A program made the position numbers and the translations under genes. A model generated the notes under the pieces. The model was not told the origin of the DNA. It did no database searches and was given only the letters and a program-made list of their open reading frames with translations. A stretch of 31,955 bases of DNA from Eledone cirrhosa (Eukaryota): positions 1 to 31,955 of the forward strand of contig CAXHJY010001465.1 in NCBI GenBank assembly GCA_964016885.1, read 5' to 3'. Shown here in pieces: positions 1 through 12,152 of the stretch; the stretch's first letter is position 1; the number at the start of each line of letters is the position of its first letter.

Positions 1-188
1 GACAGACTGACAGACTGGCAGACAGACTGACAGACTGACAGACTGACTGGCAGACAGACTGACAGACTGACAGACTGGCTGACTGACTGACAGACTAACT
101 TACAGACTGACTGACAGACTGACAGACTGACTGACAGACTGACAGACTAACTTACAGACTGACAGACTAACTGACTGACAGACAGACA
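1..188. repeat. Compound (GACA/GACT)n tetranucleotide microsatellite
   Basis: Direct reading; includes two copies of gacagactaacttacagact. Confidence 0.95.
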
Positions 189-378
189 GTACGTAGTAAT
201 AGGAGCTGTTTGTTCATTTTCGTCATTCACTCTTTCCCTCTCTGGGACTTTGATATTGACTAAATAGATACCAGTTATATAGAGTGGGGCGTAAAGGTCT
301 CCCACATTTTGAATGAATATATATATTTTTTTTTAATGTGGGAGATCTTTATGCTCCACCCTGTATATTCTAATAAAA

Positions 379-515
379 GGCGGCGAATTGGCAGAGTCGT
401 TAGAGCGTCGGATAGAATACTTTGCGGTATTCGTTTTGACTCTCTGCTCTCTGAGTTCAAATCCGAGGTCAACTTTGTCTTTCATTTTTCCGAAGTTGAT
501 AAAATAAAGTATCAG
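379..515 (+). mobile_element. tRNA-derived SINE family 1 (old copy)
   Basis: A-box tggcagagtcgttag, B-box gagttcaaatcc (453-464), body gaggtcaactttgtctttcat...gataaaataaagtatcag matching the younger copies at 10058 and 28326. Confidence 0.85.
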
Positions 516-680
516 ATGTGTATTTTGTCAAATGGGTTTTAAGATGTAGTGAATTCAATGAACTGTCCACTCTGTTATATATTCAGTACCAATATTCTTT
601 AGTATGACAATTTGTTCTATATTATAATTGATTATTCTTAACAATATAACAAAGAAGTGTCCTGCATACTAAATACAAAT

Positions 681-920
681 GCGGTCGTGGGTTCGATTAC
701 TGGATGGATTGTGTGTTGTGTTATTGAGAAAAACACTTCATTTCACGTTATTCTAGTATACTTAGCTGAAAATGAGTACCAACAATATCTGGGGGTTTAA
801 CCCTGCGATATTTTGGCACCCTATCCAGGGTTGGATGGGGTGTTGTACTCTTAGTGGATTCACTTCACGAAACCGGGAAAGGTCCTGGCCTGACGACCTT
901 CCTAGCATGAGACAGATTTT
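681..920 (+). mobile_element. CORE-type SINE, degenerate
   Basis: B-box ggttcgattac, then ttgtgttattgagaaaaacacttcatttcac...cttagctgaaaatgagtacc, homologous to 31085-31400. Confidence 0.7.
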
Positions 921-1039
921 AGAGAGAGAAAGAGAGATTACATATGAAATTTACCATCACTTGAACATGTTTTCGATCAACGAAAATTATTCAAATAGTT
1001 TAGTAGACAAAAATTCCTTCTAGGGCTGTTTATATTTTA

Positions 1040-1176
1040 AAATAAGAAGCAATTTCCGGAGGAGTGTGTCCCGTTTAAGGAAGAAGTCCCGTGAAGTGGA
1101 GTGGCTGATGCAGCGGGTGTCGCTCGCTTTTCTCCACGAAAATGATTTCGTGATCTTCTCCTCGGGGCGCAACTGA
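1040..1176 (+). mobile_element. 3' ORF remnant of a CRE-like (RLE-bearing) non-LTR retrotransposon
   Basis: 1090-1176 translates REVEWLMQRVSLAFLHENDFVIFSSGRN*, a decayed form of the QR(I/L)S(L/I)A..RGNA..IL C-terminal motif; a homologous piece lies at 13566-14237. Confidence 0.65.
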
Positions 1177-2139
1177 GATATATTGCCTGCTCCTCGCTTC
1201 TCCATTACCCACTTTTTCATTATTATTTTTTTCTCGTCTTATGTTTTTAGATATATGTCTAGTACTACACCACTTCTTTAAAAAATGGCCTAGGGGCTGC
1301 TTTATTGGCTCGTATCCCCAAAGAAGCCCTAGCCGAGCAAATCTATGATTAAAGACGTTCTGGGACGGACATATTACAGTACGGAGAAGGAAAAAGTTGT
1401 AAGACCATAAGTCTCAAAGCTGATATGGTGTTAAACAAGAATTACCGTGTGTTAGTAATATACCACTACGGTTGTGAACTTATATTTCTCATTAAGAAGG
1501 AATAACTAAACCATATTCAGTGAAAAGGTACTTGACGCATTAGATTATGGTTCTATTCATTCAAAGAACGGAATGCAATCTAAGCAGGTATCGCGAAGAA
1601 AATTGGATGCTAAGCAGGGATAAAAAGCAATTTTTATCATTCAAGGGAGATTACTCTGTTTGTATCTGTTTTCTAAACAATGAGGATTATCTCCACTTGA
1701 TGTGCAGTTACCAAATATGTTAATTTTATTTTATCGTTATAATGAATTCTTTTATTGACCAATAATGATGCAAAGCTTTTACTTAATGTTGTCTTTTATG
1801 TACTCCCAAGTCCCAAATAATATATGTGTGTGTGTGTGTGTGTGTGTGTTTTGGTAATTTTTCTAAGTAAACCAGAATTAGTCTGAGACTCCAACCTATC
1901 CTATTTATTTTATTAATTAGTGCGGAAAAGTTTTGAAGAAAAATAATGAAAAAATAAAAAAATAGAATGAGCGTGGGTGAGGGCGATTACTCGAGGCACG
2001 AGAATACATCTTTATTTTACATCATTATAGGTAAAATTTTAACGATTTTATTTACCTTTGTTACGACAATAAACATATGTGTAAGTGTTGGACTACGGCG
2101 AAACCAGCCAATTATTTCCCATCGAGCTCGATGCGATCT

Positions 2140-2252
2140 GTCGTTTTTCCGGCTTCGATAAAATAAACTATCAGTTAAGTATTTGGGTTCGATATAATCG
2201 AATTTCCTATTCCTTCACAAATTGCTGGCCTTTGTGCCAATGTTAGAAATAT
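2140..2252 (+). mobile_element. SINE family 1, 3' half
   Basis: tcgataaaataaactatcag...attgctggcctttgtgccaatgttagaaa tail. Confidence 0.7.
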
Positions 2253-2262
2253 ATATCAGTAT

Positions 2263-2497
2263 TGATTGGTAAAATCGGTAGAGCGCCGGACAAAATACTT
2301 TGTGGTAGTATAGTCATATCTCACTAAGTTCTAAGTTCACATTCCGCCGTTGTCAAACATTGACTTTCTTCCATACGAGGTTGATAGATTATAGTACCAG
2401 TCATGTACTGGAGTCGATATAATCGACCCCAAACAACTCATACTGCCTTGTATCTAATTTACAAACCGTTATTAGTATTATTATTATTATTATTATT
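2263..2497 (+). mobile_element. SINE family 1, full-length degenerate copy with (ATT)n tail
   Basis: attggtaaaatcggtagagcg head, aagttcacattccgcc B-box, agtaccagtcatgtactgg hairpin, (tta)n tail. Confidence 0.75.
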
Positions 2498-2609
2498 TTT
2501 ATTTTAGTCACATATTTCTTCTTGGCACAATTTGGCTTAAAATCCAACAATATCATTTGACTAAATCATTTGACAGTATTTCTATTTATTTAACTATTTA
2601 TTTTACTCG

Positions 2610-2629
2610 CGCACACACGCACGCACATA

Positions 2630-2672
<43 letters not shown>

Positions 2673-2845
2673 GTATGTGTATATGTATGTGTATATGTGT
2701 GTATATGTATGCATATATATATATGTGTATATATGTATGTCTGTGTATATGTGTGTATATGTATATATATGTGTATATGTATGTATGTGTATATGTATGC
2801 ATATATATCTATGTGTATATATACATGCGTGTGTATATGCATACT
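2610..2845. repeat. (TA/TG) compound microsatellite
   Basis: Direct reading. Confidence 0.95.
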
Positions 2846-3060
2846 GTAGGCGACAATGTGGTTAAGTGGCTGTAAGTAGTGTGTAATGGAATATAATTTT
2901 GATTAGCTTGTAAATTTTGTCTGGTTTAGTAGACATATTTCCCGGCTTAATCCTTATCCGGGGTAATATATTTCTCTGCAGCTCAAAAATTTAACAAAAA
3001 GCCAGAAAAAAGTTTTTTTAAATCGAAAGACAGAATGCCCCCCTGACGCCCAAAATATGA

Positions 3061-3061
<1 letters not shown>

Positions 3062-3091
<30 letters not shown>

Positions 3092-3157
3092 CATACATAC
3101 ATACATACATACATACATACATACATACATACATACGTACGTACGCTCACACACTCA

Positions 3158-3190
<33 letters not shown>
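3062..3190. repeat. (CATA)n followed by (TG)n microsatellites
   Basis: Direct reading. Confidence 0.95.
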
Positions 3191-3193
<3 letters not shown>

Positions 3194-3759
3194 ATAAGAA
3201 TAACCGCTGATGGCTGTCGTTGTTCTTAATGTATGTACGCCAGTATCAAATATATATATATAGGTTTGACACCTCCGTTACCTTTGTGTGTGTGTGTGTG
3301 TGGTGAAGAGGAGAGATAAGTGGATTATCACGGCCAGTAAAAAAAAAAAGAAAAAAGGAAAAGTATTTAAAATAATCGACCACATGGATTAATACTAATT
3401 TGTCTTTTGTTTATTGTTATTATTTTTTTTGTATGTATGTTTGTGGGGGGGGGGGGGTCGGCAGTGTAAGGATGTTGGTGGCGGGAGAGGAGGTTTCATC
3501 TCTTTATAATCTTCTAGGTTTTTTCTCAGTCAGTATCTCTCACTTGTTTTATTTATTTTTTTTTTAAATTTAACTAGGTCGTGGCTGCAGTTTGTCCTTC
3601 TGCTCTAGTTATTGTTGATCTTGTTGATAAACGATTAAGACTGAATTAACCTATATTCCTTGTATGGAAGTCACCATTGGTATGGGAGATAACTCAGTGA
3701 AGATAATTGAGGAAGAAAATGTTCCAACTTAGAATTTGTATTTATTAGAAGAAGTGACA

Positions 3760-3875
3760 GTAGATGTCGGACAGCGACAAAATAACTTATAGCATTTACT
3801 TCGATAATTTTAATGTTCTTAGTTTCGGAGTTCAAATCTCTCCTGAGTCACCTATACCTCCGTACTTTATAAAGT
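3760..3875 (+). mobile_element. SINE family 1, highly degenerate head
   Basis: tagatgtcggac...ggagttcaaatctc. Confidence 0.45.
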
Positions 3876-3877
3876 AA

Positions 3878-4226
3878 TTTTTATGGGTTGTCTCCGTTTA
3901 TTCAACAGAATTACTTGTTTAGTTTACATATTAAGGCCCCAACTCATCCTGTTTATTTTATAACATATGGGATTTCTAGAAATGTTCTTTTCTTTTTGTC
4001 ACGTATAATTATGACTTTTAATGTATGAAGAAAATTAATTGTCGCAGGAATGCTACCACTTTAAATGAAATTTCACTGGAGATAGATTAACAAAATTTAA
4101 TGTGCAGGGATTGAGGGGTGTCTAGAATAAAATGGGGTGGGATGAGATGGGGGTGGACAAAATTTGAAAAATTAATAAGCGTTGGGGTGGGGTGGGGTGG
4201 GGGTGATTATTTGAGACCCTTGATAG
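3878..4226 (+). mobile_element. Non-autonomous DNA transposon (MITE), internal part and right end
   Basis: 3895-3992 matches 23930-24010 (gtttagtttacatatt...ccaac.catc...ataacata..gatttctag); 4091-4226 matches the reverse complement of 28030-28135 and ends attatttgagacc. Confidence 0.6.
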
Positions 4227-4454
4227 AAATAGTCATCGTGTTGACTGGTATATTCTAGTGTCTAAAAACTCTTAAACATATTCAGTTTCTTACTATCTTG
4301 TATTACATGATTAATCTTGTTGTTCCTCCTTAAAAAAAATAAATAAATAAATTTAATTAAGGGGAATTGAAATTGAATGGAGCTTATCGGAATTTTTGTT
4401 ACTGTTAAACCCAAGGTGCTCTGAGTTACCTCCCTTAGATCATTTAACCGATTA

Positions 4455-4628
4455 TTGTTTAGCCTGGGGTTAATCTTCACTGAGTATACTGTCATCAAAT
4501 GTAGTCGTGTTATGACCATCCCGGACTACATTATCAAATGTTTTATCTTAAGACGGTAGGATATAATTTGAAGGAGGTTTGATCGCTGTTTCAAGATAGT
4601 CGTGCAGCCACATAGAGGCCCACTCGCT
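4455..4628 (+). mobile_element. Unclassified interspersed repeat X
   Basis: ggactacattatcaaatg...tataatttgaaggaggtttg shared, in reverse, with 12895-13100 and 24012-24290. Confidence 0.6.
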
Positions 4629-4839
4629 TTGCTTATTTGCGCAACTTTTTTTCTATTCTTGCTATTTCATTCACTTGATATATGTCACCCCCCTCCACCC
4701 CCTCTCTCTTTGTTATTTCGTTTAACATGCTTCTTATATTCCCCACTTCACAATTTTCTTTGTGGGAGTACACACATACACAACACAACACACAGGTTTC
4801 GGGTACACGCGCCCATTTTGTGAGAGCGGCTAAAAATAT

Positions 4840-5125
4840 CACACACACACACATACATGCATATTACATACACACACATGTACATATATTTATTTATATA
4901 TATATTATATATATACACACACACACACATATATATATATACACACACATACACACACACAGGCATATTACATACACACATGTACATATATTTATTTATA
5001 TATATATTATATACACACACACACATATATATACACACACATACACACACACAGGCATATTACATACACACATGTACATATATTTATTTATATATATATT
5101 ATATACACACACACACACATATATC
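4840..5125. repeat. About 3 tandem copies of a ~92-104 bp unit made of CA/TA microsatellites
   Basis: gcatattacatacacac(ac)atgtacatatatttattta recurs at ~4858, ~4963 and ~5055. Confidence 0.9.
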
Positions 5126-5635
5126 TTCGTTGTATTTATTTTCGTACGTGTGTGTATGTATATATTTATGTAAATGTGACTTTTTACCTTGCTTTCTAGA
5201 TAGTACTCATTCCAACAAGGAAGTTATATCGTGCTGTGTAGGAGTGTGCCCGAATGTGTAATGTTCCTATTTCTGATTTTCCTTTTGAAGTGAAATATGT
5301 TCACATTGGCACACGACCAGATGTCGTAGGAGCGGTGGGGGTTATTGATTTAGCCGTGTAGTTGATTAAATCACATCTCTCCATTATATCAGTGTTAATA
5401 ACTCTTATTTATTTATTGACTCCCTGGAGGAATGTTGACACCTAAGCGTCTCTCCTTCCAGCTCCTCACGTCATATAGGGGATATGACTTAATAGCGCAA
5501 GGCATTTCTTGTCCCCCCCCCCCCCCCTCCCTTTTTTGTATTGGGTCTGGCTTCCTGCCGGTTTGTATTTAAACGTACCTTTCGTACAATATGATGGTGT
5601 TGATGCTATCTTAGTTCATTTTGTGACTAGTACAT

Positions 5636-5670
5636 CTGCTCTCTGCTCTCTCTCTCTGCTCTCTCTCTCT

Positions 5671-5725
<55 letters not shown>

Positions 5726-5972
5726 TCTCTCTCTCTCTCTGCTCTCTCTCTGCTCTCTCTCTCTCTGCTCTCTCTCTGCTCTCTCACTCTCTCTCTCTCT
5801 CTCTCACTCTCTCTCTCTCTCTCTCACTCTCTCTCTCTCACTCACTCTCTCTCACTCACTCTCTCTCTCTCACTCACTCTCTCACTCACTCTCTCTCACT
5901 CTCGCTCACTCTCTCTCACTCTCTCTCTTTCACTCACTCTCTCTCTCTCTCACTCTCTCTCTCTCTCTCTCA

Positions 5973-6013
<41 letters not shown>
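5636..6013. repeat. (CT)n/(CACT)n polypyrimidine tract followed by (TA)n
   Basis: Direct reading. Confidence 0.95.
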
Positions 6014-6022
<9 letters not shown>

Positions 6023-6099
6023 TGTTCAAGAAGTCAACCAACAGAGGTAAAAAAAAAGTTTTATTAGTTTCACGCATTATATTGGAAAGGGGAAAGAAA

Positions 6100-6135
6100 G
6101 TTTGACATGTCGGGCCTAAGCCCTTCTTCAGGAGT
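6100..6135 (-). ncRNA. Degenerate minimal hammerhead-like motif (Penelope-type pLTR remnant)
   Basis: Minus strand reads CTGAAGA-a-GGGC-ttag-GCCC-GACA-tgtc; GAAA is mutated to GACA and stem I is not evident. Confidence 0.4.
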
Positions 6136-6485
6136 ACAGAGACAGGATCACAATGGAGAAACAGAAAAAAGGTCCAGTAAAAACAAGAACACACACATAT
6201 ATATGAATGAAAAATGGCGTGCTGCGTTGTTGCGAATGTGGTACATATGAAGTAAAAAATAGAGCAAGAAATCAGGACTATTCATCATCAGTGTTCTTCT
6301 GTACTTCTTCGCATTAAAGACCAGATACCTCAAGACAGTGCGAGCAATACCTAAAATAAGTTATTGGGATAAAAAGAATTGGGTGGAGAAAGAGAGACAG
6401 GTAAACAAACAAATTGGTGAGGAAAATGAGAAAACAAGTCAGTGATACATGTGAACTTAAGTTCTAGCAAATCATTGACGAGAAG

Positions 6486-6556
<71 letters not shown>

Positions 6557-6880
6557 AGAGTCGCGGGTAACTTCAATTAGTAAAGTACTCAAGTGTGTAG
6601 AAATTTCAATTTTATTTTGGTTGATATTGGAAAACGCAGGAAAAACCTTTCTGAGAGATTTATGGGAAAGATGAAATTAGTAAAATGGGTTTAAAGTGTA
6701 TGTCTATGAGGTTGGGCAAGATATATTGGAACGGTTGGCATCAAAAGTAAAGTGGGGAAGGGGTAACAAACACGATGACCCGCTGACCTAAGAGACGTTT
6801 CATTGTGTCCCATAAAAAAGACAGCACTTTTGCCCCTATTCCTGCACAATTCCCCCTTTAAAATAAAAAAAACCCTAAAC

Positions 6881-6997
6881 AATTGTATCCCCCTTAAACT
6901 CACAGTTCGTGTATGATAAGGTTCGGTATGATCCCGTAATTGTATCCCCTTTAAACTCACAGTTCCTGAATGATATCGTACGGTATGGTCCCGTAAT
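6881..6997. repeat. 57-bp tandem duplication
   Basis: aattgtatcccc(c/t)ttaaactcacagttc...ggtatg(a/g)tcccgt at 6881 and 6938. Confidence 0.9.
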
Positions 6998-7124
6998 TCC
7001 CAGTGGAGTCGTAGCGGTGCCGTAGTGTCATACACAATTTCTTGGACATTTTAAGCCTGGTAGAGCCAACCTCTCTTCAGACCTGACAACAGCAGATTTC
7101 TTCCAGAGAAGGAGAGAAAGTGAG

Positions 7125-7212
7125 AGAAAGAATCGAACCCCATTCCTAGACTTGTACTTCTTTTATTTATGGACTTGGAATGGATGAAAGGCAAGTTGAC
7201 CTCGGAGCACTT
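7125..7212 (-). mobile_element. SINE family 1 fragment
   Basis: ggatgaaaggcaagttgacctcgg is the reverse complement of the family body. Confidence 0.7.
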
Positions 7213-7854
7213 AATGTATTGAATGTTTAATGGTTGCCTTGTGAATATTGATATTTTAATTAAAACACGATGTATTCGAGTTTTCTGCATGAATGTTCTT
7301 GCGTGTGTATAACGTGAATATGTGCATATGAGTTATTTTAGAGTGTTTGTATATGCGGTTGTATTAGGTTTCAGTTCCTGTATCCTGTGTGTTTGTTTAT
7401 TCATATTAAGCTATTTGTATGTATGTGTGTGTGTGGACACGCTAGACCTATTTCGCAAACATAAAAACTGAAACTATTTTGTGCCAAGAACACATTTAGG
7501 AGGCGGATTGGTGTGGAATAAGAGAATTGGCGAGGATGGTGTGGTGGGTAGTATTTCATGTTGAATCAAAACTAGATTTTTTTATAGTCTTCATCTTCAA
7601 ATAGGATAAATTAGCAAAGAAATGTTTTGCACTTAATAACCTTGTCTTTTATTGGAGGAGGTGTGATGGTGGCGGTGGTGGTTGATTTGACGTTAGTGTT
7701 GATTTCTTGTCCTTGGCTTTTCTTGTAGTTTCAAAGTAAAAAAGGGGGAGGGGGCAGTGGATTAATTCAGCCTCCAAGAATTTAGTGATATTTCTCTTTT
7801 TCTCAATCGATTTTCACCAATAATATTGTGGAGGGAACTACTCTCTGTCACTTC

Positions 7855-8000
7855 TTGGAGAGTCGATAGACTATCGGATAACGCCATCTAGTGAATTCCT
7901 TCCGGTTCTCTGCGCTGCCAGTTCAAATCCCTCCGAAGTCAATTTTGCTTTACATCCTTTCGAAGTCGATAAAAAGAAAAGTACCAGTCAAGTACTGGGT
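7855..8000 (+). mobile_element. SINE family 1, 3'-truncated
   Basis: gttcaaatccctccgaagtcaattttgctttacatcctttcgaagtcgataaaa...gtaccagtcaagtactggg. Confidence 0.8.
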
Positions 8001-8278
8001 CGCTTCTCTCTCTATCTACATCTCTTTCTCATTTCCTCTCTCTCTCTCTCACTCTCTATCTCTCCATATATATATATAAAGTACCAGTCAAGTACTGGGG
8101 TCGCTTCTCTCTCTATCTACATCTCTTTCTCATTTCCTCTCTCTCTCTCTCACTCTCTATCTCTCCATATATATATAAAGTACCAGTCAAGTACTGGGGT
8201 CGCTTCTCCCTCTATCTATATCTCTTTCTCATTTCCTCTCTCTCTCACTCTATCTCTCCATATATATATATAGTACCA
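7978..8278. repeat. Three tandem ~100-bp units starting inside the SINE
   Basis: gtaccagtcaagtactggg at 7981, 8081 and 8180; partial gtacca at 8273. Confidence 0.92.
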
Positions 8279-8396
8279 TTCTCCCTCTATATCTCTTTCT
8301 TAATTCCCCTTTTTTTTCACTTTCTATCCTTCTTTGGAAGAAATCTGCTGTGTTCAGCCATGGCTTTAACACACACACACACACATATATATAAAC

Positions 8397-8437
<41 letters not shown>

Positions 8438-8497
8438 AAACATATATATATATATATATAATATATAAGATCAAAAGATGGTTAAAAGAGTTCCATG

Positions 8498-8566
8498 TAT
8501 TTTATTATGCGCATTTCAAAAACAAATATCATCATGCGATGACATGCGTTTTCATCAGATAAAATA
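8498..8566 (-). ncRNA. Type I hammerhead ribozyme HHR1
   Basis: Minus strand: TATTTTAT (stem I 5') CTGATGA aaacgc-ATGTCATC-gcat-GATGATAT-ttgttttt (stem II) GAAA TGCGCA (palindromic stem III) TA| ATAAAATA (stem I 3'). Confidence 0.8.
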
Positions 8567-8767
8567 GGGAGACATGATATGAAGATTAAAAAACACTTGT
8601 GGATAGTACAGTTTTAAATCAACATATGAAAAGTAGTTTTAGATTGATGTGCGATATTGGGAAAAAAATGAGGGGGGGGGTGAAAAAGAGGAGGAGATGA
8701 GAGTAAAGAATGGAGGGGGAGGAGTATAATAAGGGAGGAGAGATGGGTGATAGAGAGAGAGAGATAG

Positions 8768-8830
<63 letters not shown>

Positions 8831-9016
8831 GTTTGTAAATGTATAATAAAGCCAAAACAATGCAGGTATGGACATACAATAAAGAATGCAAATGCAAAAG
8901 ATATTGTTGACTTTTACCTTAGATTTATTTAAATGTCCTTAATTTTCGAGATAATAATAATATATATGTATATATATATATATACACATACACATATATA
9001 TATATATATGTTTGTT

Positions 9017-9088
<72 letters not shown>

Positions 9089-9139
9089 TGTTTATGTATA
9101 TATATATATATGTCTAGGATGGTAATGTTCGTTGTGTCC

Positions 9140-9212
9140 TTCGTGAGGTTGTGATTTCGTTTCTCGGACTGGGCGATGCCTTTTGTCCCTGAGCAAGACA
9201 CGTTGCTCCTTC
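9140..9212 (+). mobile_element. CORE-type SINE fragment
   Basis: gaggttgtgatttcgtttctcggactggg...tgtccctgagcaagacac. Confidence 0.6.
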
Positions 9213-9394
9213 TACCTGGATCTGCGGCTGACAGATAGGATTAGCAATTAGACCAACGGAAAGGTTGTTTCGTCGAGCTCCACCTCACCACACTCGTTAA
9301 GTGAGGTCTAGGGTCGTGTCGATCGACTCACGATGGTGTCTGCTTATATTAGTGAATGAAGTTAGGTTATGGGCATATATATGGTGGTTGTCGT

Positions 9395-9545
9395 AGTGTG
9401 TGGTGTGTGGTATGGTGTGGTGTGTGGTGTTGTGTGAGATATGGTGTGGTGTGGTGTTGTGTGAGATATGGTGTGGTGTGTGGTGTTGTGTGTGATATGG
9501 TGTGATATGGTGTGGTGTTGTGTGCGATATGGTGTGGTGTTTGGT
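9395..9545. repeat. (TGGTG)-based minisatellite
   Basis: tgtggtgttgtgtgagatatgg units. Confidence 0.9.
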
Positions 9546-9829
9546 GAATGTAGTAAAAAGTCAGTTCACCCGCCTCCCTCCACAACCACCCCCACCCAAT
9601 ACATAATTACACCACCATGCCGCCTTCCTTATTAGCCTATTACGGATTGTTTGACGAGAAATATAACCCCCTAAGTTTGTGAAAGGGCCGTGTTGTTATC
9701 GGGTGGTATTGGTGGGGGATGAAGGTTCATTATGATTCCCACTTCAAGGTTTAGCAAATATTCTCGGCAAACTCTTTAATATTGACACACACTTCGGGCC
9801 CCTTTTTTGTTGCTTCGTCATACACCAAT

Positions 9830-10020
9830 GTCACCACTCTCTCCACTGTCCCCACTACCACTACCATCGCTGTCCCCCCACACACCACACTACCACTGCC
9901 ATCGCTGTCCCCACCACCACTACCATCGCCGTCGCTGCTCCCACCACCACTACCATCGCCGTCGCTGCCCCACCACCATCGCCGTCCCCACTACCATCGC
10001 CGTCCCCACCACCACTACAT
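9830..10020. repeat. CAC/CGC/CGT trinucleotide-derived minisatellite
   Basis: ccactaccatcgccgtc units. Confidence 0.88.
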
Positions 10021-10057
10021 TATTGTCTCCTCATAGTCTTCTTTCCTTCACTGTTAA

Positions 10058-10250
10058 GGGCGGTGGATTGGCAGTATCGGTAGAGTGTCAGACACCATGC
10101 TTTGCAGCATAGAGTTACGGCCCTTTATGGTCTGGGTTCAAATCCCGCCGAGGTTAACTTTGCCTTTCATCCTTACGGGGTGGATAAAATAAAGTACCAG
10201 TAATACACTGGGTTATTGCTGGCCTTGTGCCTAAAGTAGAAACAACTATT
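10058..10250 (+). mobile_element. SINE family 1, young full-length copy
   Basis: gggcggtggattggcagtatcggtagag head, ggttcaaatccc B-box, gcctttcatccttacggggt.gataaaataaagtaccag central domain (Meta/MESC-like by recall), ggccttgtgcctaaagtagaaacaa tail. Confidence 0.92.
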
Positions 10251-10264
10251 TACTCCGTCTCTTC

Positions 10265-10710
10265 ACCCTATGTCCCCTCTCTCTTATGCCCTCCCCTCTC
10301 CTATGCCCCCACCTCCCTACGTCTCCCCGTTCTCTCCTATGTCCCTTCTTTCTCTCCTACGTCTCCCCTTTCTCTCCTATGTCCCTCCTTTCTCTCCTAT
10401 GTCTCTCCTGTCCCTCCTTTCTCTCCTATGTTCCCCCTTTCTCTCCTATGTTCCTCCTTTCTCTCCTACGTCCCTCCTTTCTCTCCTACGTCCCTCCTTT
10501 CTCTCCTACGTCCCTCCTTTCTCTCCTACGTCTCCCCTTTCTCTCCTACGTCTCCCCTTTCTCTCCTACGTCCCCCCTTTCTCTCCTACGTCCCCCCTTT
10601 CTCTCCTACGTCCCTCCTTTCTCTCCTACGTCTCCCCTTTCTCTCCTACGTCTCCCCTTTCTCTCTTATGTCCCTCCTTTCTCTCCTATGACCCCTCTTT
10701 CTCTCCTAGC
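10265..10710. repeat. 20-bp pyrimidine-rich minisatellite (~20 units)
   Basis: ctctcctacgtccctccttt / ctctcctacgtctccccttt in exact 20-nt register. Confidence 0.95.
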
Positions 10711-11006
10711 CATTTCATTTTCATGTAAACTATATTATTGCTTTATCATCATCGTCTTCAAATCTTCAAAGTTTATGAGTTCGAATCCTCCCATTGCTTA
10801 AATACATTTTTGCCATCGATTCTTTCAGAAGGTGAGAAGAATTGGCAGTAAACCATCGTTTAAAATATCCCCTCGTCCTTTTCCTTGACATATGGTTCAA
10901 TCGATAATAATTTCCCTAATGTCTTCCAGAAAAGCATGCATGCCACAAACTCTCTCTTACCAAGTGTTGCACTCTGTGTCACCTAATAAATCAATCCCAA
11001 CGTTAC

Positions 11007-11010
11007 TCTT

Positions 11011-11041
<31 letters not shown>

Positions 11042-11057
11042 TTCTCTCTCTCTCTCT

Positions 11058-11116
<59 letters not shown>

Positions 11117-11118
11117 TC
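11007..11118. repeat. (CT)n microsatellite
   Basis: Direct reading. Confidence 0.95.
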
Positions 11119-11535
11119 ACACTTTGTGTACACAGGCGTCCTTGAAACGACTGCTCTCTCATCTCTCCCATCTTTCTCACTCTTCTCTACTCCCCCTCCC
11201 CTCTCCTCCCTTCCCCACCCCCTCTCCTCCCTTCCCCATCCCCATGTCATCCCTTCCCCCTCTCTATTTGTATGGGTTTCCTCCATGGTTAAGGTTTCAT
11301 CAGGATTACCCAGGCTTATGTGACAACCACCAGTTGAATCGACCATGTTCTTTCTTCTTACTCCTATCACCCACTGCCACCATACAGAACTCGCTCAACC
11401 GTTTGTTGTTGTTGTTGTTGTTGTTTCTGTCTCTCTCTGCCATGTTGATAGTGGGAGCAGTAGTATGGCGTCTTGTGTGTGGTCGGCCAAATATTTGTTG
11501 TGGACTGGAATTCGCATAAGAGACGTGTACCTCCT

Positions 11536-11910
11536 CACTACCACCATCACCACTACCATCACTACCATCACCACCACTACCATCACCACTACCATCACCA
11601 CCACCACCACACCACTACCACCATCACCACACCGCCACCACCATCACCACACCACCACCACCACCACTACCATCACCACCACTACCATTACCATCACCAC
11701 CACCATCACCACACCACTACCACCATCACCACACCGCCACACCACCACCACCACCACCACCACTACCATCACCACCACTACCATCACCACCACCATCACC
11801 ACATCACCACACCGCCACACCACCACCACCACCACCACTACCATCACCACACCGCCACCACCCAACCACCACCACCACCAAACCACCACCACCACCACCA
11901 CCACCACCGC
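11536..11910. repeat. (CAC/CAT/TAC)n trinucleotide repeat
   Basis: Direct reading; source of the poly-His/Thr ORFs. Confidence 0.95.
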
Positions 11911-12094
11911 CAAAAACAATGCCCACTCGCACACACAATATATTGATTGCTCTCCACTGTTTAAAGTCTGTGAACAAAACAACTCTTGCTCTCTATTCTA
12001 TGTTGTTGTTTTTTACCATTTTGTTGCTTGTCTTTTGCTTTTATTATCTGATTTAGTCTTGTTCCTTTTTTTCTATATTTACTTACGACTATAT

Positions 12095-12097
<3 letters not shown>

Positions 12098-12150
<53 letters not shown>
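12098..12150. repeat. (TG)n microsatellite
   Basis: Direct reading. Confidence 0.95.

Positions 12151-12152
<2 letters not shown>

Noticed and set aside
7045-7085. Minus-strand CTGAAGA...AAAATGTC motif
   Set aside because: GAAA is absent and stem I is unpaired; too degenerate to call.
10227-10801. SPTSP repeats resembling the RNA polymerase II CTD
   Set aside because: The unit is 20 bp, not 21, so it cycles through frames; there is no YSPTSPS register or flanking RPB1 sequence.
11265-11310. Minus-strand CTGATGA...GAAAC hammerhead candidate
   Set aside because: Stems I, II and III do not pair convincingly.
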